A program made the position numbers and the translations under genes. Under the pieces are notes generated by a model. That model did not search any database. It was not told the DNA's origin and saw only the letters and a list, made by a program, of their open reading frames with translations. Below are positions 36,748-46,751 of a DNA stretch of 64,000 nt, one piece after another. This DNA is from Patescibacteria group bacterium (GTDB lineage Bacteria > Patescibacteriota > Minisyncoccia > Phycocordibacterales > JAACPR01): positions 151,058-215,057 of the forward strand of contig JAKLEX010000001.1 of NCBI GenBank assembly GCA_022711495.1, read 5' to 3'. The stretch's first letter is position 1. Each line of letters starts with the position of its first letter.

Positions 36748-38304
36748 ATGGATGCAAACTATAAAGATACACCTTATTTTCATGTGGCGCACGCTCGGGA
36801 TTTAAAAGGGAAAGACCGCGCTCTTTATCGTCTTCTGGAAATCTTCCCCGGAGTTCTTTCTTGGGGGACTTTAATCGGCATTGTCTTGATCTCTATTTAT
36901 AAACCGGTAGTCGCAGCGATTTTTATTATCGCTTTTGACTTGTATTGGCTGTTAAAAACAATTAATTTAGGTTTTCATCAATATCACAATTGGCGCCGCA
37001 TGAAACACAATCTGGCCCAAGATTGGTACGCGGAATTAGCCAAGTTCAGATATGAGCACTTGCAACATCTGGTTCTTCTGCCTTTTTATGATGAAGAAGA
37101 ATCTGTTGTTGAAACTTCGTTGAGGGCGATTGTTAATTCTCAATATCGCAAAGAAAACCTGCACGTCGTTTTGGCAACCGAGGAACGCGCTGGTGAAAAA
37201 GCTCAAGAAATTGCCAAAAGATTAAAGTCAAAATATCAAGGTCAAATCGGGGAAATTTTAATTACCATTCATCCGAAAGATTTGCCCGGCGAAATTTCCG
37301 GCAAGGGCCCTAACATTAGTTACGCCGCCGAGGAAGCCAGATTAAAGATTATTAACGCCAACAATTGGAAATACGAGGATGTTATCGTCTCGGCTTTTGA
37401 TGTTGATACGGTCGTTGGTCCGCAGTATTTTGCTTGTTTGACTTGGCATTTTCTAACTGAACCCGAACCGTTAAAAAAATCTTTTCAGCCGGTTCCTTTG
37501 TATAACAATAATATCTGGGAGGCACCATTTTTGTCGCGAATCGCCGCTATGTCCAGCACTTTTTGGCAGATGATTCAGCAGGAAAGACCGGAAAAATTAG
37601 TGACTTTTTCTTCACACGCCGTTCCTTTTAAAACTTTGTATGAAGTGAATTATTGGCAGAGAAACATGATCTCTGATGACTCTAGAATTTTTTGGAATTT
37701 GTTTTTGGCTCATGACGGAGATTATTCAGTGGTGCCGATCGCTTATCCGGTTTCTATGGATGCTAATTTGGCGCCGACAATCTGGCAAACTTTTAAGAAT
37801 GTCTATAAACAGCATCGTCGCTGGATGTGGGGCGTGGAAAATATTCCTTATCTTTTATTTGGTTTTATTAAAAACAAAAAGATTCCTTTAATAAAGAAAC
37901 TCCAACACTTACAAATCCAAATTACAGGATTCTGGTCACTGGCGACAAATCCACTCCTGATTTTATTTCTCGGATGGTTGCCGATAATTTTAGGCGGCGA
38001 TGAATTCCGGACGACTGTTTTGTCTTATAATCTGCCAAAAGTTACTCGTGGTCTGATGTTTTTGGCCATGGTTGGTCTGGTTTTGTCGGCCGTCATCGCC
38101 GTCAGTTTGATTCCGCCTTTGCCGCCGACATACGGCAAAAGAAAAAGACGCTGGACGGCCATGATTCTGCAATGGGCGCTTATCCCTTTTTCAATCATTA
38201 TTTTCGGATCTATCCCCGGGCTGGATTCGCAAACTCGGCTTATGATTGGCGCCTATTTTGGAAAGTTTTGGGTTACGCCGAAACATCGTAAAGAACTTTC
38301 ATGA
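36748..38304 (+). CDS. Polytopic family-2 glycosyltransferase (cellulose-synthase-like, QxxRW motif)
   Basis: D..D and QHRRW motifs, with N- and C-terminal TM bundles. The ORF track start at 36733 overlaps the tRNA, so the ATG at 36748 is used. Confidence 0.6.
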   Translation: MDANYKDTPYFHVAHARDLKGKDRALYRLLEIFPGVLSWGTLIGIVLISIYKPVVAAIFIIAFDLYWLLKTINLGFHQYHNWRRMKHNLAQDWYAELAKFRYEHLQHLVLLPFYDEEESVVETSLRAIVNSQYRKENLHVVLATEERAGEKAQEIAKRLKSKYQGQIGEILITIHPKDLPGEISGKGPNISYAAEEARLKIINANNWKYEDVIVSAFDVDTVVGPQYFACLTWHFLTEPEPLKKSFQPVPLYNNNIWEAPFLSRIAAMSSTFWQMIQQERPEKLVTFSSHAVPFKTLYEVNYWQRNMISDDSRIFWNLFLAHDGDYSVVPIAYPVSMDANLAPTIWQTFKNVYKQHRRWMWGVENIPYLLFGFIKNKKIPLIKKLQHLQIQITGFWSLATNPLLILFLGWLPIILGGDEFRTTVLSYNLPKVTRGLMFLAMVGLVLSAVIAVSLIPPLPPTYGKRKRRWTAMILQWALIPFSIIIFGSIPGLDSQTRLMIGAYFGKFWVTPKHRKELS

Positions 38305-39287
38305 TTCCATTATCCAGAAAAACCCGAAGACGCGTCTTTCTCATTCTTTTGCTGGTTTTTATCTTGCTGGCGCCGGTAATTTTGGCCCGATCTTTGGGAT
38401 ATCGGCTTGAACAGCTGGAAGACATTTTTACTTTGGTAAAAATGGGCGGAATTTATCTTCATTCTGATGTTGTCGGAACGCAGATATATTTAGATGGCAA
38501 ATATGTTGAAAAAAGTGGTCTGTTGTTGAGAAATACTCTGATTCAGGATTTGAAGCCAGAGAGGGAATATAAAGTTACTGTCGTTAAAGACGGGATGCAT
38601 TCTTGGGAGAAAACTCTGGCTGTTTATCCGGGCGTTGTAACGGAAGCCCGAGTTTTGATGTTGCCGACAGAAATCGCTAGCGCCGAAATTTATCCTTTTA
38701 CCGATAAAAACGGAATGGGCACGACAACGCCGCAGACTTTTGTCTCAATTCAAAACGGTATTCCAACAAATCCGGAATATCTAAATTTGCAGAAACTTTT
38801 TAAAGAAGCTACGACGACGCCCGAACAAAAGACAATCGCATCCGCCAAAAACGCGGTTTCTACGACAACCAATATAAAATCTATTCCGAAATATTTCTCA
38901 GAACTTGGAGTTTCCGACCCTGACGCTTTGGAGAATTTGATAATTAGGGGCGATTCGGTTCTTTGGCTATCGGATGGGAAGGTTCTGGTTCACTGGGTTT
39001 CCGAAGACAGTGTCGCGCCTTATTATTACTGTCTTGATTTCACGAAGTGCCGTGAAGTCATAACGGTTTCTCTCGATGAACCAATAATTTCCTTTGATTT
39101 TTTGCCTGGACGAGATGATGTTTTAGTTGCCCTGACTTCTGGAGGATTATTTGCCGTGGAAATTGACGACCGTTCCGAAAGAAATATTCAGCCCGTATAT
39201 CTGGGTGAAAATCTAGAGTTTAGAATTGATTCAAAAGATCAAATCGTTATATTAGACTCAGACATTTTTTCCGTTCTTCGTTTCTAA
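38301..39287 (+). CDS. Hypothetical membrane-anchored protein with a PEGA-like beta-sandwich region
   Basis: N-terminal TM. YLDGKYV...YKVTVVKDGMHSWEK resembles a PEGA domain. Confidence 0.45.
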   Translation: MIPLSRKTRRRVFLILLLVFILLAPVILARSLGYRLEQLEDIFTLVKMGGIYLHSDVVGTQIYLDGKYVEKSGLLLRNTLIQDLKPEREYKVTVVKDGMHSWEKTLAVYPGVVTEARVLMLPTEIASAEIYPFTDKNGMGTTTPQTFVSIQNGIPTNPEYLNLQKLFKEATTTPEQKTIASAKNAVSTTTNIKSIPKYFSELGVSDPDALENLIIRGDSVLWLSDGKVLVHWVSEDSVAPYYYCLDFTKCREVITVSLDEPIISFDFLPGRDDVLVALTSGGLFAVEIDDRSERNIQPVYLGENLEFRIDSKDQIVILDSDIFSVLRF

Positions 39288-39351
39288 GTCTAGAAGTCGA
39301 AACCTTTTTAAAGTCTAGATTTAACTTAATTTTTACGCTAGAATTGCTCCC

Positions 39352-40047
39352 ATGAATGAGGAAAAGGGGCATGTTCACATAATAAATCAAATCGCCGACG
39401 ATATCGTCAAAGTCTTTACCGACATTGGTTTTGAGGTCGTATCCAGCAATGAAATTGAAGACGAATATCACAATTTTGATGCCTTGAACGTCCCCAAAGA
39501 TCATCCAGCTCGAGACATGCAAGATACTTTTTGGCTAGCCACAAATCCGGCCAGTTTATTGCGGACCCACACTTCATGCGCCCAGGTCCGCTATATGGAG
39601 AAAAATAAGCCGCCGTTCAAAATTGTTATTCCAGGCAAAGTTTATCGTTATGAAGCGACAGACCGAACTCATGAGGCGCAGTTTCATCAAATTGAAGGAC
39701 TCGTAGTCGGGGAGAACATTAACATGGGACATCTAAAATTTGCCCTTAATAATTTCTTGAAAAAACTTTTCGGAGAAAATACCGAAATAAGATTTCGCCC
39801 CGGATATTTTCCGTTCGTTGAGCCAGGTATTGAAATTGATATGCGCCGAAAAAACGGCGAATGGGTGGAAGTCTTGGGGGCCGGCATGGTTCATCCAAAC
39901 GTTTTGAATAATGTCGGCATTGATCCGAAAAAATACAGTGGTTTTGCTTTCGGTGCCGGATTGGACCGCCTGGCCATGATTAAATACGGGATAGACGATA
40001 TTCGCGGACTTTACAATGGTGATTTGCGTTTAATCAATCAATTTTAA
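39352..40047 (+). CDS. pheS: Phenylalanine--tRNA ligase alpha subunit (catalytic core only, 231 aa)
   Basis: Class II aaRS motifs (HPARDMQDTF, FRPGYFPFVEPG, GAGMVHPNVL). It lacks the usual N-terminal extension. Confidence 0.85.
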   Translation: MNEEKGHVHIINQIADDIVKVFTDIGFEVVSSNEIEDEYHNFDALNVPKDHPARDMQDTFWLATNPASLLRTHTSCAQVRYMEKNKPPFKIVIPGKVYRYEATDRTHEAQFHQIEGLVVGENINMGHLKFALNNFLKKLFGENTEIRFRPGYFPFVEPGIEIDMRRKNGEWVEVLGAGMVHPNVLNNVGIDPKKYSGFAFGAGLDRLAMIKYGIDDIRGLYNGDLRLINQF

Positions 40048-40056
40048 ACTATCGTT

Positions 40057-42429
40057 ATGCTCGTTTCCTACAACTGGCTAAAAGAATATTTCAGGAGATT
40101 GCCAAAACCGGAAAAATTGGCGGATCTTTTGAACAGGCGGTCATACGAAGTTGAGGGTATTGAAAAAATTGACGGTGATTCTGTTATGAATATTGATGTT
40201 CTGCCGAACCGCGCGCACGACTCCTTGTGTCACTATGGCGTGGCCAAAGAAATCTCAGCTATAACCGGCAGAAAATTTTTGGATAAACTGGCCGATTTGG
40301 AAAAACCGGCCGCGACCCAAAAGGGGACGATAAAAGTTCAAGTTTCGGATAATTTCTGCAAAAGATATATCGCTCGGCAGATTGATAATATTGAAATAAA
40401 AGATTCGCCGCAGGAAATCAAGGACAAGTTGAAATCTTTGGGTCAGAAATCCATAACCAATTTGGTGGATATCACCAATATCGTAATGTTTGAAATGGGG
40501 CAACCAATGCATGCCTTTGACGCCGATAAGCTCTCCGGCGAGACGATTTTTGTTCGGAGCGCTAAAGACGGCGAACAAATTACAACCTTGGACAAACAGG
40601 AAGTAATTTTAACCGCCGCGGATTTTGTTATTGCCGATGGCCGAGACGCCTTGGCTATGGCTGGAATTAAGGGCGGTAAAAAAGCCGAAATTGATGCCAG
40701 CACCAAAAATATTGTGCTTGAGGCGGCCAATTTTGATCCAGTCAGCGTAAGGAAAACTTCAAGAAGAAGCGGTGTCGCGACCGAATCATCCAAGCGTTTT
40801 GAGAACGAGATTTCACCGGTTTTGGCCGAAAAGGCGGTTGAGTTGGCTACGGATTTAATACTTAAATATGCCTCATCGGACAAGACTATTGTCCACGATT
40901 CGGTTGATTTTTATCCACGCCCGGTCAGGAAATATTTAACTGGCGTTTCTTCGACCGAAGCCTCAAGACTACTTGGCGTAAAATTAAGTGACAGAAAAAT
41001 CCGCAAGGTTTTGCGAAGACTAGATTTTGAATATCAGATCGTTCGTCCCAGATTAGCCGTTGCGGAAGAAGCTCAAAAATACATCGGCAAGAAATATAAG
41101 TACGGCGCCAGCGTTAGATTTGACTCGCCAGAGAGTTTTGACTGCTCGTCTTTCGTGGCTTATGTTTTTGCTAACGCCGCCGGTTTGGCTTTGCCGAGGA
41201 TTTCCGCCGACCAGTTTGCTTTTGGTGAAGAAATCAAAAAAGAAGAATTGGAGCCTGGCGACTTGGTTTTTTGCAATACGGGAAAATTGGAAATAAAAAT
41301 CCACGAAAAAACCTCGGAGTTTTTGCCGGGTACGAAAATCATCGGCGGCGTTGATCACGTTGGAATTTATCTTGGAGAAGACAAGATTGTTGACGCTAGC
41401 CGATATAACGAAAGCGGAGTTGAAATTCATTCATTATCCGGTCATCCAACTTTTTCAAAAAACCCACGTTTTGCCCGTGTTATAAAAGATAAAACCCGCT
41501 TCGTCGTCTCTGTTCCAGAAAGACGCTTGGACATCGGTAACAGAAAGGGAATCGATTTGAGCAGTGGCATTGAACTTATTGAGGAAATTGGGCGGATTCT
41601 CGGTTATGAAAAAATCCGCGATCTTGAAATTCCATCTGACGATTTTCAACCAAGAATACCGAAAGTTTATTCCTATAATAATTTAATCAGAAAAACTTTG
41701 GTTGATTTGGGCTTTTCGGAAATAATCACTTATACCTTTGTTAATTCCGGCGAGATTTCTCCGGAGAAGCCGTTGGCGGACGACAAAGCTTTCCTCCGCG
41801 CCGATTTACGATCAGGCATGGCCGGTTCCTTAGAGAAAAATCTTAGAAATGTTGATTTGCTCGGTTTAGATCAAGTTAAACTTTTTGAAATTGGCAAGAT
41901 TTTCAAGAAAGACGGGGAAAAACTTGCTTTATCTATCGGTGTAATAAACAAAACCGGCTTCAAAAAACTTACCTCGGCGGAAAGTTTGCGATCGGCCGTG
42001 AAAGCCCTGGAACAAGCCTTTGGAACAAAAATCGGCGTGGAAATTTCTAATTCCGACACCGGAATTGAAATAGATTTAGATAAATTATATGACGCTCTGC
42101 CGGTGCCGAAAGAATTGTTTAAGTTGTCGGAAGTCGTGTCCGCGCGCTACCAGCCGATTTCTGCGTTCCCATTTGTTTTGAGAGACATTGCCGTTTGGCT
42201 ACCGGACGAAGTTGAGGCATCAAAATTACTGGAGGTCATAAAAAAACACTCTAGCGATTTGCTCGTTACCAGCAGATTGTTTGATGTCTACAAAAAATCT
42301 GGCAGAACTTCTTACGCTTACAGATTAGTTTTCCAATCCGGTCAAAAAACCCTGACTGATGCTGAAATAAATGAAATCATGAAAGCTATCACCGACGATT
42401 TAGCAACTAGGGGCTGGGAGGTGAGATAG
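40057..42429 (+). CDS. pheT: Phenylalanine--tRNA ligase beta subunit, lacking the N-terminal tRNA-binding domain and carrying an NlpC/P60-like insertion (about residues 328-490, nt 41038-41526) within the B5 domain
   Basis: B3/4 (PMHAFDADKL), B5 (LGVKLSDRKIRKVLRRLDFEYQ ... RRLDIG...IEEIGRILGYEKI) and a C-terminal FDX-ACB domain. The insert carries FDCSSFV, PGDLVFC and DHVGIYLG motifs. Confidence 0.85.
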   Translation: MLVSYNWLKEYFRRLPKPEKLADLLNRRSYEVEGIEKIDGDSVMNIDVLPNRAHDSLCHYGVAKEISAITGRKFLDKLADLEKPAATQKGTIKVQVSDNFCKRYIARQIDNIEIKDSPQEIKDKLKSLGQKSITNLVDITNIVMFEMGQPMHAFDADKLSGETIFVRSAKDGEQITTLDKQEVILTAADFVIADGRDALAMAGIKGGKKAEIDASTKNIVLEAANFDPVSVRKTSRRSGVATESSKRFENEISPVLAEKAVELATDLILKYASSDKTIVHDSVDFYPRPVRKYLTGVSSTEASRLLGVKLSDRKIRKVLRRLDFEYQIVRPRLAVAEEAQKYIGKKYKYGASVRFDSPESFDCSSFVAYVFANAAGLALPRISADQFAFGEEIKKEELEPGDLVFCNTGKLEIKIHEKTSEFLPGTKIIGGVDHVGIYLGEDKIVDASRYNESGVEIHSLSGHPTFSKNPRFARVIKDKTRFVVSVPERRLDIGNRKGIDLSSGIELIEEIGRILGYEKIRDLEIPSDDFQPRIPKVYSYNNLIRKTLVDLGFSEIITYTFVNSGEISPEKPLADDKAFLRADLRSGMAGSLEKNLRNVDLLGLDQVKLFEIGKIFKKDGEKLALSIGVINKTGFKKLTSAESLRSAVKALEQAFGTKIGVEISNSDTGIEIDLDKLYDALPVPKELFKLSEVVSARYQPISAFPFVLRDIAVWLPDEVEASKLLEVIKKHSSDLLVTSRLFDVYKKSGRTSYAYRLVFQSGQKTLTDAEINEIMKAITDDLATRGWEVR

Positions 42430-42477
42430 TTTTAAACTTTCTTTATCAAGAAATTACCTAACTCTGATACAAGAAAT

Positions 42478-43074
42478 ATGGAACAAAAGAAAGGAAAGAA
42501 AATGAAATCTGTTTTGAATGTTCCTTATTTCTCTCAGAACTCTGATTCGGTGCCGAAAGAGTGGCACGATTCTGCTTGTGGTATCGCTACGGTGAAGATG
42601 GTTTTGGCATTCTTGAACGGGGAATCTCCGGACATGTCTTTTCTTTTGCGAGAAGGGCAGGCCATCGGCGGTTTTACCGAAAAAGGTTGGAGGCACGAAT
42701 CTCTGGTTAGGATTTTAAGAAACCACGGCGTTTTGGCTTATCCGCAAGAATTCGTCAGCACCAGCGTTCAGATTGATGAAGTTTTTGGAATAACCAGAAT
42801 GCGCGGAAAAGATGACGAGAATTTTTCAAAAATCGGCTTGCAGAAGATACTCTCAAAACTTTCGTCGGGTCTGCCGGTTATCGTTTCTGTTTCGCCAAAG
42901 TTTAATGGGAACAAACACTCACACCTGATACTGATTATTGGTTATGATCAAACCACGGAATCTCTCTACTATCACGATCCAGATTCCCGCGACGGGACGG
43001 AATTAAAAGCCGCGCCTATCAGCACCAAAAACTTTCTGAAATTTTGGCGCAGATTGGCCATTTTTCCAAATTAA
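42478..43074 (+). CDS. Peptidase C39-like domain protein (papain-like cysteine peptidase fold)
   Basis: VPYFSQ...ACGIATVKMVL...HLILIIGYD...YHDP pattern of the C39_2 family. An alternative start is the ATG at 42502, which has an AAGGAA Shine-Dalgarno sequence. Confidence 0.5.
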   Translation: MEQKKGKKMKSVLNVPYFSQNSDSVPKEWHDSACGIATVKMVLAFLNGESPDMSFLLREGQAIGGFTEKGWRHESLVRILRNHGVLAYPQEFVSTSVQIDEVFGITRMRGKDDENFSKIGLQKILSKLSSGLPVIVSVSPKFNGNKHSHLILIIGYDQTTESLYYHDPDSRDGTELKAAPISTKNFLKFWRRLAIFPN

Positions 43075-43164
43075 GAATCCCAAACCACCCTTAGTTTTCG
43101 CACTATTTGGGTGGTTTTTATACCTTGTGAATAACTTATATTTTGGTAAAATATAAGGGTAAAT

Positions 43165-45297
43165 ATGACTAAAAAAGAACAGCCCCAAAAGTCCGAAAAA
43201 GCCCCAAAAAATGGGGCTAAAAATGGCCTAAAAAAGAAGGGAAATGGACATCTCTATAATGCCGATGAGATTGTCGTTTTAGAGGGCCTGGAACCGGTCA
43301 GGAAGCGTCCAGGAATGTATATTGGTACCACTGGACCAGAAGGTCTTCAGCACCTGGTAACGGAGATTTTTGACAACTCGCGCGATGAAGCCATGGGCGG
43401 GTTCGCCGATCATATTGAAGTCGCCCTGCTCCCGAATGGCTACGTTCGAGTAGCCGACAACGGTCGAGGAATTCCGGTTGACAAGCATAAACAAACTAAA
43501 GTTTCTGCCTTAGAAACTGTCATGACAACTTTGCACGCCGGCGGAAAATTCGGCGGAGAAGATAGCGGCTACAAAGTTTCCGGCGGATTGCACGGCGTTG
43601 GTGCGTCCGTGGTTAACGCTCTTTCCGAACACCTAATCGCCGAAGTTCACCGCGACGGGAAAAAATATTTTCAGGAATATCATATCGGCAAAAGGAAAGC
43701 GGCGGTGAAAGAAATCGGCAAGACAGATTACACCGGTACGGTCATTACTTTTAAACCAGATGCCTCTATTTTTGAGACGACGGAATTTGATTTCAAGAAA
43801 ATCATTGAGCACTTGCGTTTGCAAGCCTATTTGGTTAAGGGGCTGCGCATCACGGTTATTGATGCTAAAGAGCATAAGGATAAAATTAATTTAGACGAGG
43901 TTCTTTATGTAACCGAAACAGACGCTCCTGTTTTATCAAAGACTTTTTATTTTGAAGGAGGCCTGGCTTCGCTGGTAAGTTTTAAAAACAAATTCCTGAA
44001 ACCGGTTCACAGAAATATTTTTTACGTGGACAAAGCCGATGCCGACTCCAAAGTTGAAGTAGAAGTCGCTCTTCAATACGTTGATGACATTTCTCCTCGT
44101 TTAACGGCTTTCGCCAACAATATCTACAACAGCGAAGGTGGCACGCACTTGACCGGATTCAAAACCGCTTTGACAAGAAGCTTGAACAATTACGGCAAGA
44201 AAAATAATTTAATCAAAGAAGCTGATGGCGGATTTACCGGCGATGACGCTTTGGAAGGTATAACCGCGGTGGTTTCTGTGAAAATGGCCGATATTCAGTT
44301 TGAAGGTCAGACAAAGTCTAAGCTTGGTTCAACCGAAGCTCGTGGCGCAGTTGAGGCCGTTTTCAGCGACGCCTTTAACGCCTTTCTGGAAGAACATCCG
44401 GACGACGCGCGTTCAATCATCAATAAGGTTGTTTTGGCCTTAAGAGCCAGAAAAGCGGCCAAGGCGGCCAAAGATTCCGTTTTGAGAAAAGGCGCTCTTG
44501 AGGGCATGACTTTGCCGGGCAAGCTGGCTGATTGTCAGACGAAATCTGCCGAAGAATCAGAGTTGTTTATCGTTGAGGGAGATTCAGCCGGCGGTACGGC
44601 CAAGACCGGAAGAGATCGGCGAACTCAGGCGGTTCTACCTCTGCGTGGAAAGATTTTGAATGTTGAAAGAGCTCGTCTGGATCGCATGCTGACCTCGGAG
44701 CAGATAAAGAATCTGGTCGTGGCCATGGGTACGGCTATCGGAGACACTTTTGATTTGGCCAAATTACGCTATCACAAAATTATCATTGCCACCGATGCCG
44801 ACGTGGACGGTGCGCACATTAGAACGCTACTTTTAACTTTGTTTTATAGATATTTCAAACCGATAATAGATGGTGGTTATTTGTATATCGCTCAACCACC
44901 ACTTTATAAAATATCTCGCGGAAAAGAAATTCACTATGCCTTTAGTGACGAAGAAAAAAATAAACTGATTGGCAAAAACGCAGAAATTCTTGACGAAGAA
45001 ACTGACGCAAATTCCGCCCCAGCCGAGGAGCTCGGCGATGAAGCTGGCGATAAGAACGCCGCTGCCAAAAAACCTGAAACCAAATGGCGAATTCAGCGAT
45101 ACAAAGGTCTCGGGGAAATGAATTCCGAGGAGTTGGCCGAGACGACTATGTCCGTTAAAAATCGTGTTCTCAAAAAAGTTACCATTGAAGACGCCATTGA
45201 AGCCGATTCAATCTTTGACATGCTGATGGGCACGGACGTTCCGGCCAGAAAGTTTTATATTACAAACAACGCCAAGTACGCTGATCTGGATATTTAA
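43165..45297 (+). CDS. gyrB: DNA gyrase subunit B
   Basis: GHKL ATPase, Toprim (EGDSAGG) and a C-terminal tail, 710 aa. Confidence 0.95.
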   Translation: MTKKEQPQKSEKAPKNGAKNGLKKKGNGHLYNADEIVVLEGLEPVRKRPGMYIGTTGPEGLQHLVTEIFDNSRDEAMGGFADHIEVALLPNGYVRVADNGRGIPVDKHKQTKVSALETVMTTLHAGGKFGGEDSGYKVSGGLHGVGASVVNALSEHLIAEVHRDGKKYFQEYHIGKRKAAVKEIGKTDYTGTVITFKPDASIFETTEFDFKKIIEHLRLQAYLVKGLRITVIDAKEHKDKINLDEVLYVTETDAPVLSKTFYFEGGLASLVSFKNKFLKPVHRNIFYVDKADADSKVEVEVALQYVDDISPRLTAFANNIYNSEGGTHLTGFKTALTRSLNNYGKKNNLIKEADGGFTGDDALEGITAVVSVKMADIQFEGQTKSKLGSTEARGAVEAVFSDAFNAFLEEHPDDARSIINKVVLALRARKAAKAAKDSVLRKGALEGMTLPGKLADCQTKSAEESELFIVEGDSAGGTAKTGRDRRTQAVLPLRGKILNVERARLDRMLTSEQIKNLVVAMGTAIGDTFDLAKLRYHKIIIATDADVDGAHIRTLLLTLFYRYFKPIIDGGYLYIAQPPLYKISRGKEIHYAFSDEEKNKLIGKNAEILDEETDANSAPAEELGDEAGDKNAAAKKPETKWRIQRYKGLGEMNSEELAETTMSVKNRVLKKVTIEDAIEADSIFDMLMGTDVPARKFYITNNAKYADLDI

Positions 45298-45302
45298 TTA
45301 AT

Positions 45303-46628
45303 CTAGTTATTGACCTCCAAAGTTTCCGATTCGGTATTGTTGTTTTCTTTTTCTTCGTCAACATCGTCGTCGGAATCAACCTCTACGCGAATGTTGTAAC
45401 GGCCCTCGTCGGGATTTTCAAATTCAACGGTAATGATCACGGATTCACCGGGATCCAAGGAGTCTTGTCGGCTTGATTCATAATCATCGTCACCGCTGTC
45501 GTATGGCAAATTTTCTACTTGAAAGCGCCAACGGCCAGTATCTTCTCCGCCACGGTTTACAACGACGAATTGAATAGCCGCGTCATCATCCTCGTCAATT
45601 TCGTCATCCTCAATGAACCTTGAACCACTCATTCGACCGACTTGCAAGTCTTCAATCTGGAGGTCGGCATCATCATCCTCGTCATAATCATTATCAATAT
45701 AGTCGCCATCCTCGTCGCCCTCAATGTCTATCGTGGCGCGGTTATTTGATTCGGAACCTTCACTGATGTTATTGTCGGGATCAACGAAAATATCCGTTTC
45801 TCCTTCGGGAGTTCCGCTATCAAATCTAAGAGTGAATTTAATAGTATCTCCTGGTCGCAAATTTGGTTGAAGAGGGGAATCTTCAGTTCCTTCGCCAGGC
45901 GTAGAGTAATTAAAAATCCAGTTCCCGGTATTTTGTCCTCCATTGTTTCTGACGACAAATTGAACCGTTAAATCATCTACTGGGTCAGCATTTATAATAG
46001 CCAAATCAGCCGGCAGACTGGTATAAGTCGGTGCAGTTGATACTGTCGCTCCGCTTGTGGAAGTAGTTGTCACTGGTCCAGCAGTAACAGTTGCTCCAGC
46101 GATTGTTCCGACCGGGACCGGATTGTTTGAATCTTGAACGGTGACAGTCGTCTGGCCACTGGCTAAAACGGTGTCATTTGAAGACTCAATAAAAGAAACT
46201 TCCAATGGTAGATCTATGAAAGAGTTTTCTTTAGCGTAGCCAATTCCGAATTCGGCGCTGTTGGCGTCGGCCGGTAGTGGATAACGAGTATTACACAAAA
46301 CTATTTTTGAATCTGCCGTAGTAACGCTCAAATCATCAAGACATTTATAAGTCAAGTAAAATCCGCCCTCTTTTTCTGTTTTGTATTCCCAATTTAAAGC
46401 GAACTTATCTCCATCAATCAAGTTCGGATCGTTGACACTGACGACGACCTCATTTTTTTGAAATGGGGAAGAGATCAGATTGCCGACTGAAGCGAAACTA
46501 GAAAAAAGCGCCGGTATAAACTTCATAATGGCGAAAGCCAAAATGAATACCACCGCGATTATGCCGATAATAAACAAAATTTTCAAAATAATGCCCTTTG
46601 TCGTGCTCATAATAGTTTCCAACATCAT
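45303..46628 (-). CDS. Membrane-anchored acidic surface protein with two CARDB-like repeats
   Basis: N-terminal TM. Repeats QFVVRNNGGQNTGNW and QFVVVNRGGEDTGRW. Long Asp/Glu-rich segments. Confidence 0.5.
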   Translation of the reverse strand: MMLETIMSTTKGIILKILFIIGIIAVVFILAFAIMKFIPALFSSFASVGNLISSPFQKNEVVVSVNDPNLIDGDKFALNWEYKTEKEGGFYLTYKCLDDLSVTTADSKIVLCNTRYPLPADANSAEFGIGYAKENSFIDLPLEVSFIESSNDTVLASGQTTVTVQDSNNPVPVGTIAGATVTAGPVTTTSTSGATVSTAPTYTSLPADLAIINADPVDDLTVQFVVRNNGGQNTGNWIFNYSTPGEGTEDSPLQPNLRPGDTIKFTLRFDSGTPEGETDIFVDPDNNISEGSESNNRATIDIEGDEDGDYIDNDYDEDDDADLQIEDLQVGRMSGSRFIEDDEIDEDDDAAIQFVVVNRGGEDTGRWRFQVENLPYDSGDDDYESSRQDSLDPGESVIITVEFENPDEGRYNIRVEVDSDDDVDEEKENNNTESETLEVNN

Positions 46629-46751
46629 ATCATATTAAGTGCCGTATTGTCAATAGCTAAAATAAGACCAAATTAGGGTGTTATTTGGCTTGTTTAAAAT
46701 CAAGTTAGATTTATTGCGTTTAGGAATTAAATGTAGTAATCTAGTCGTACT

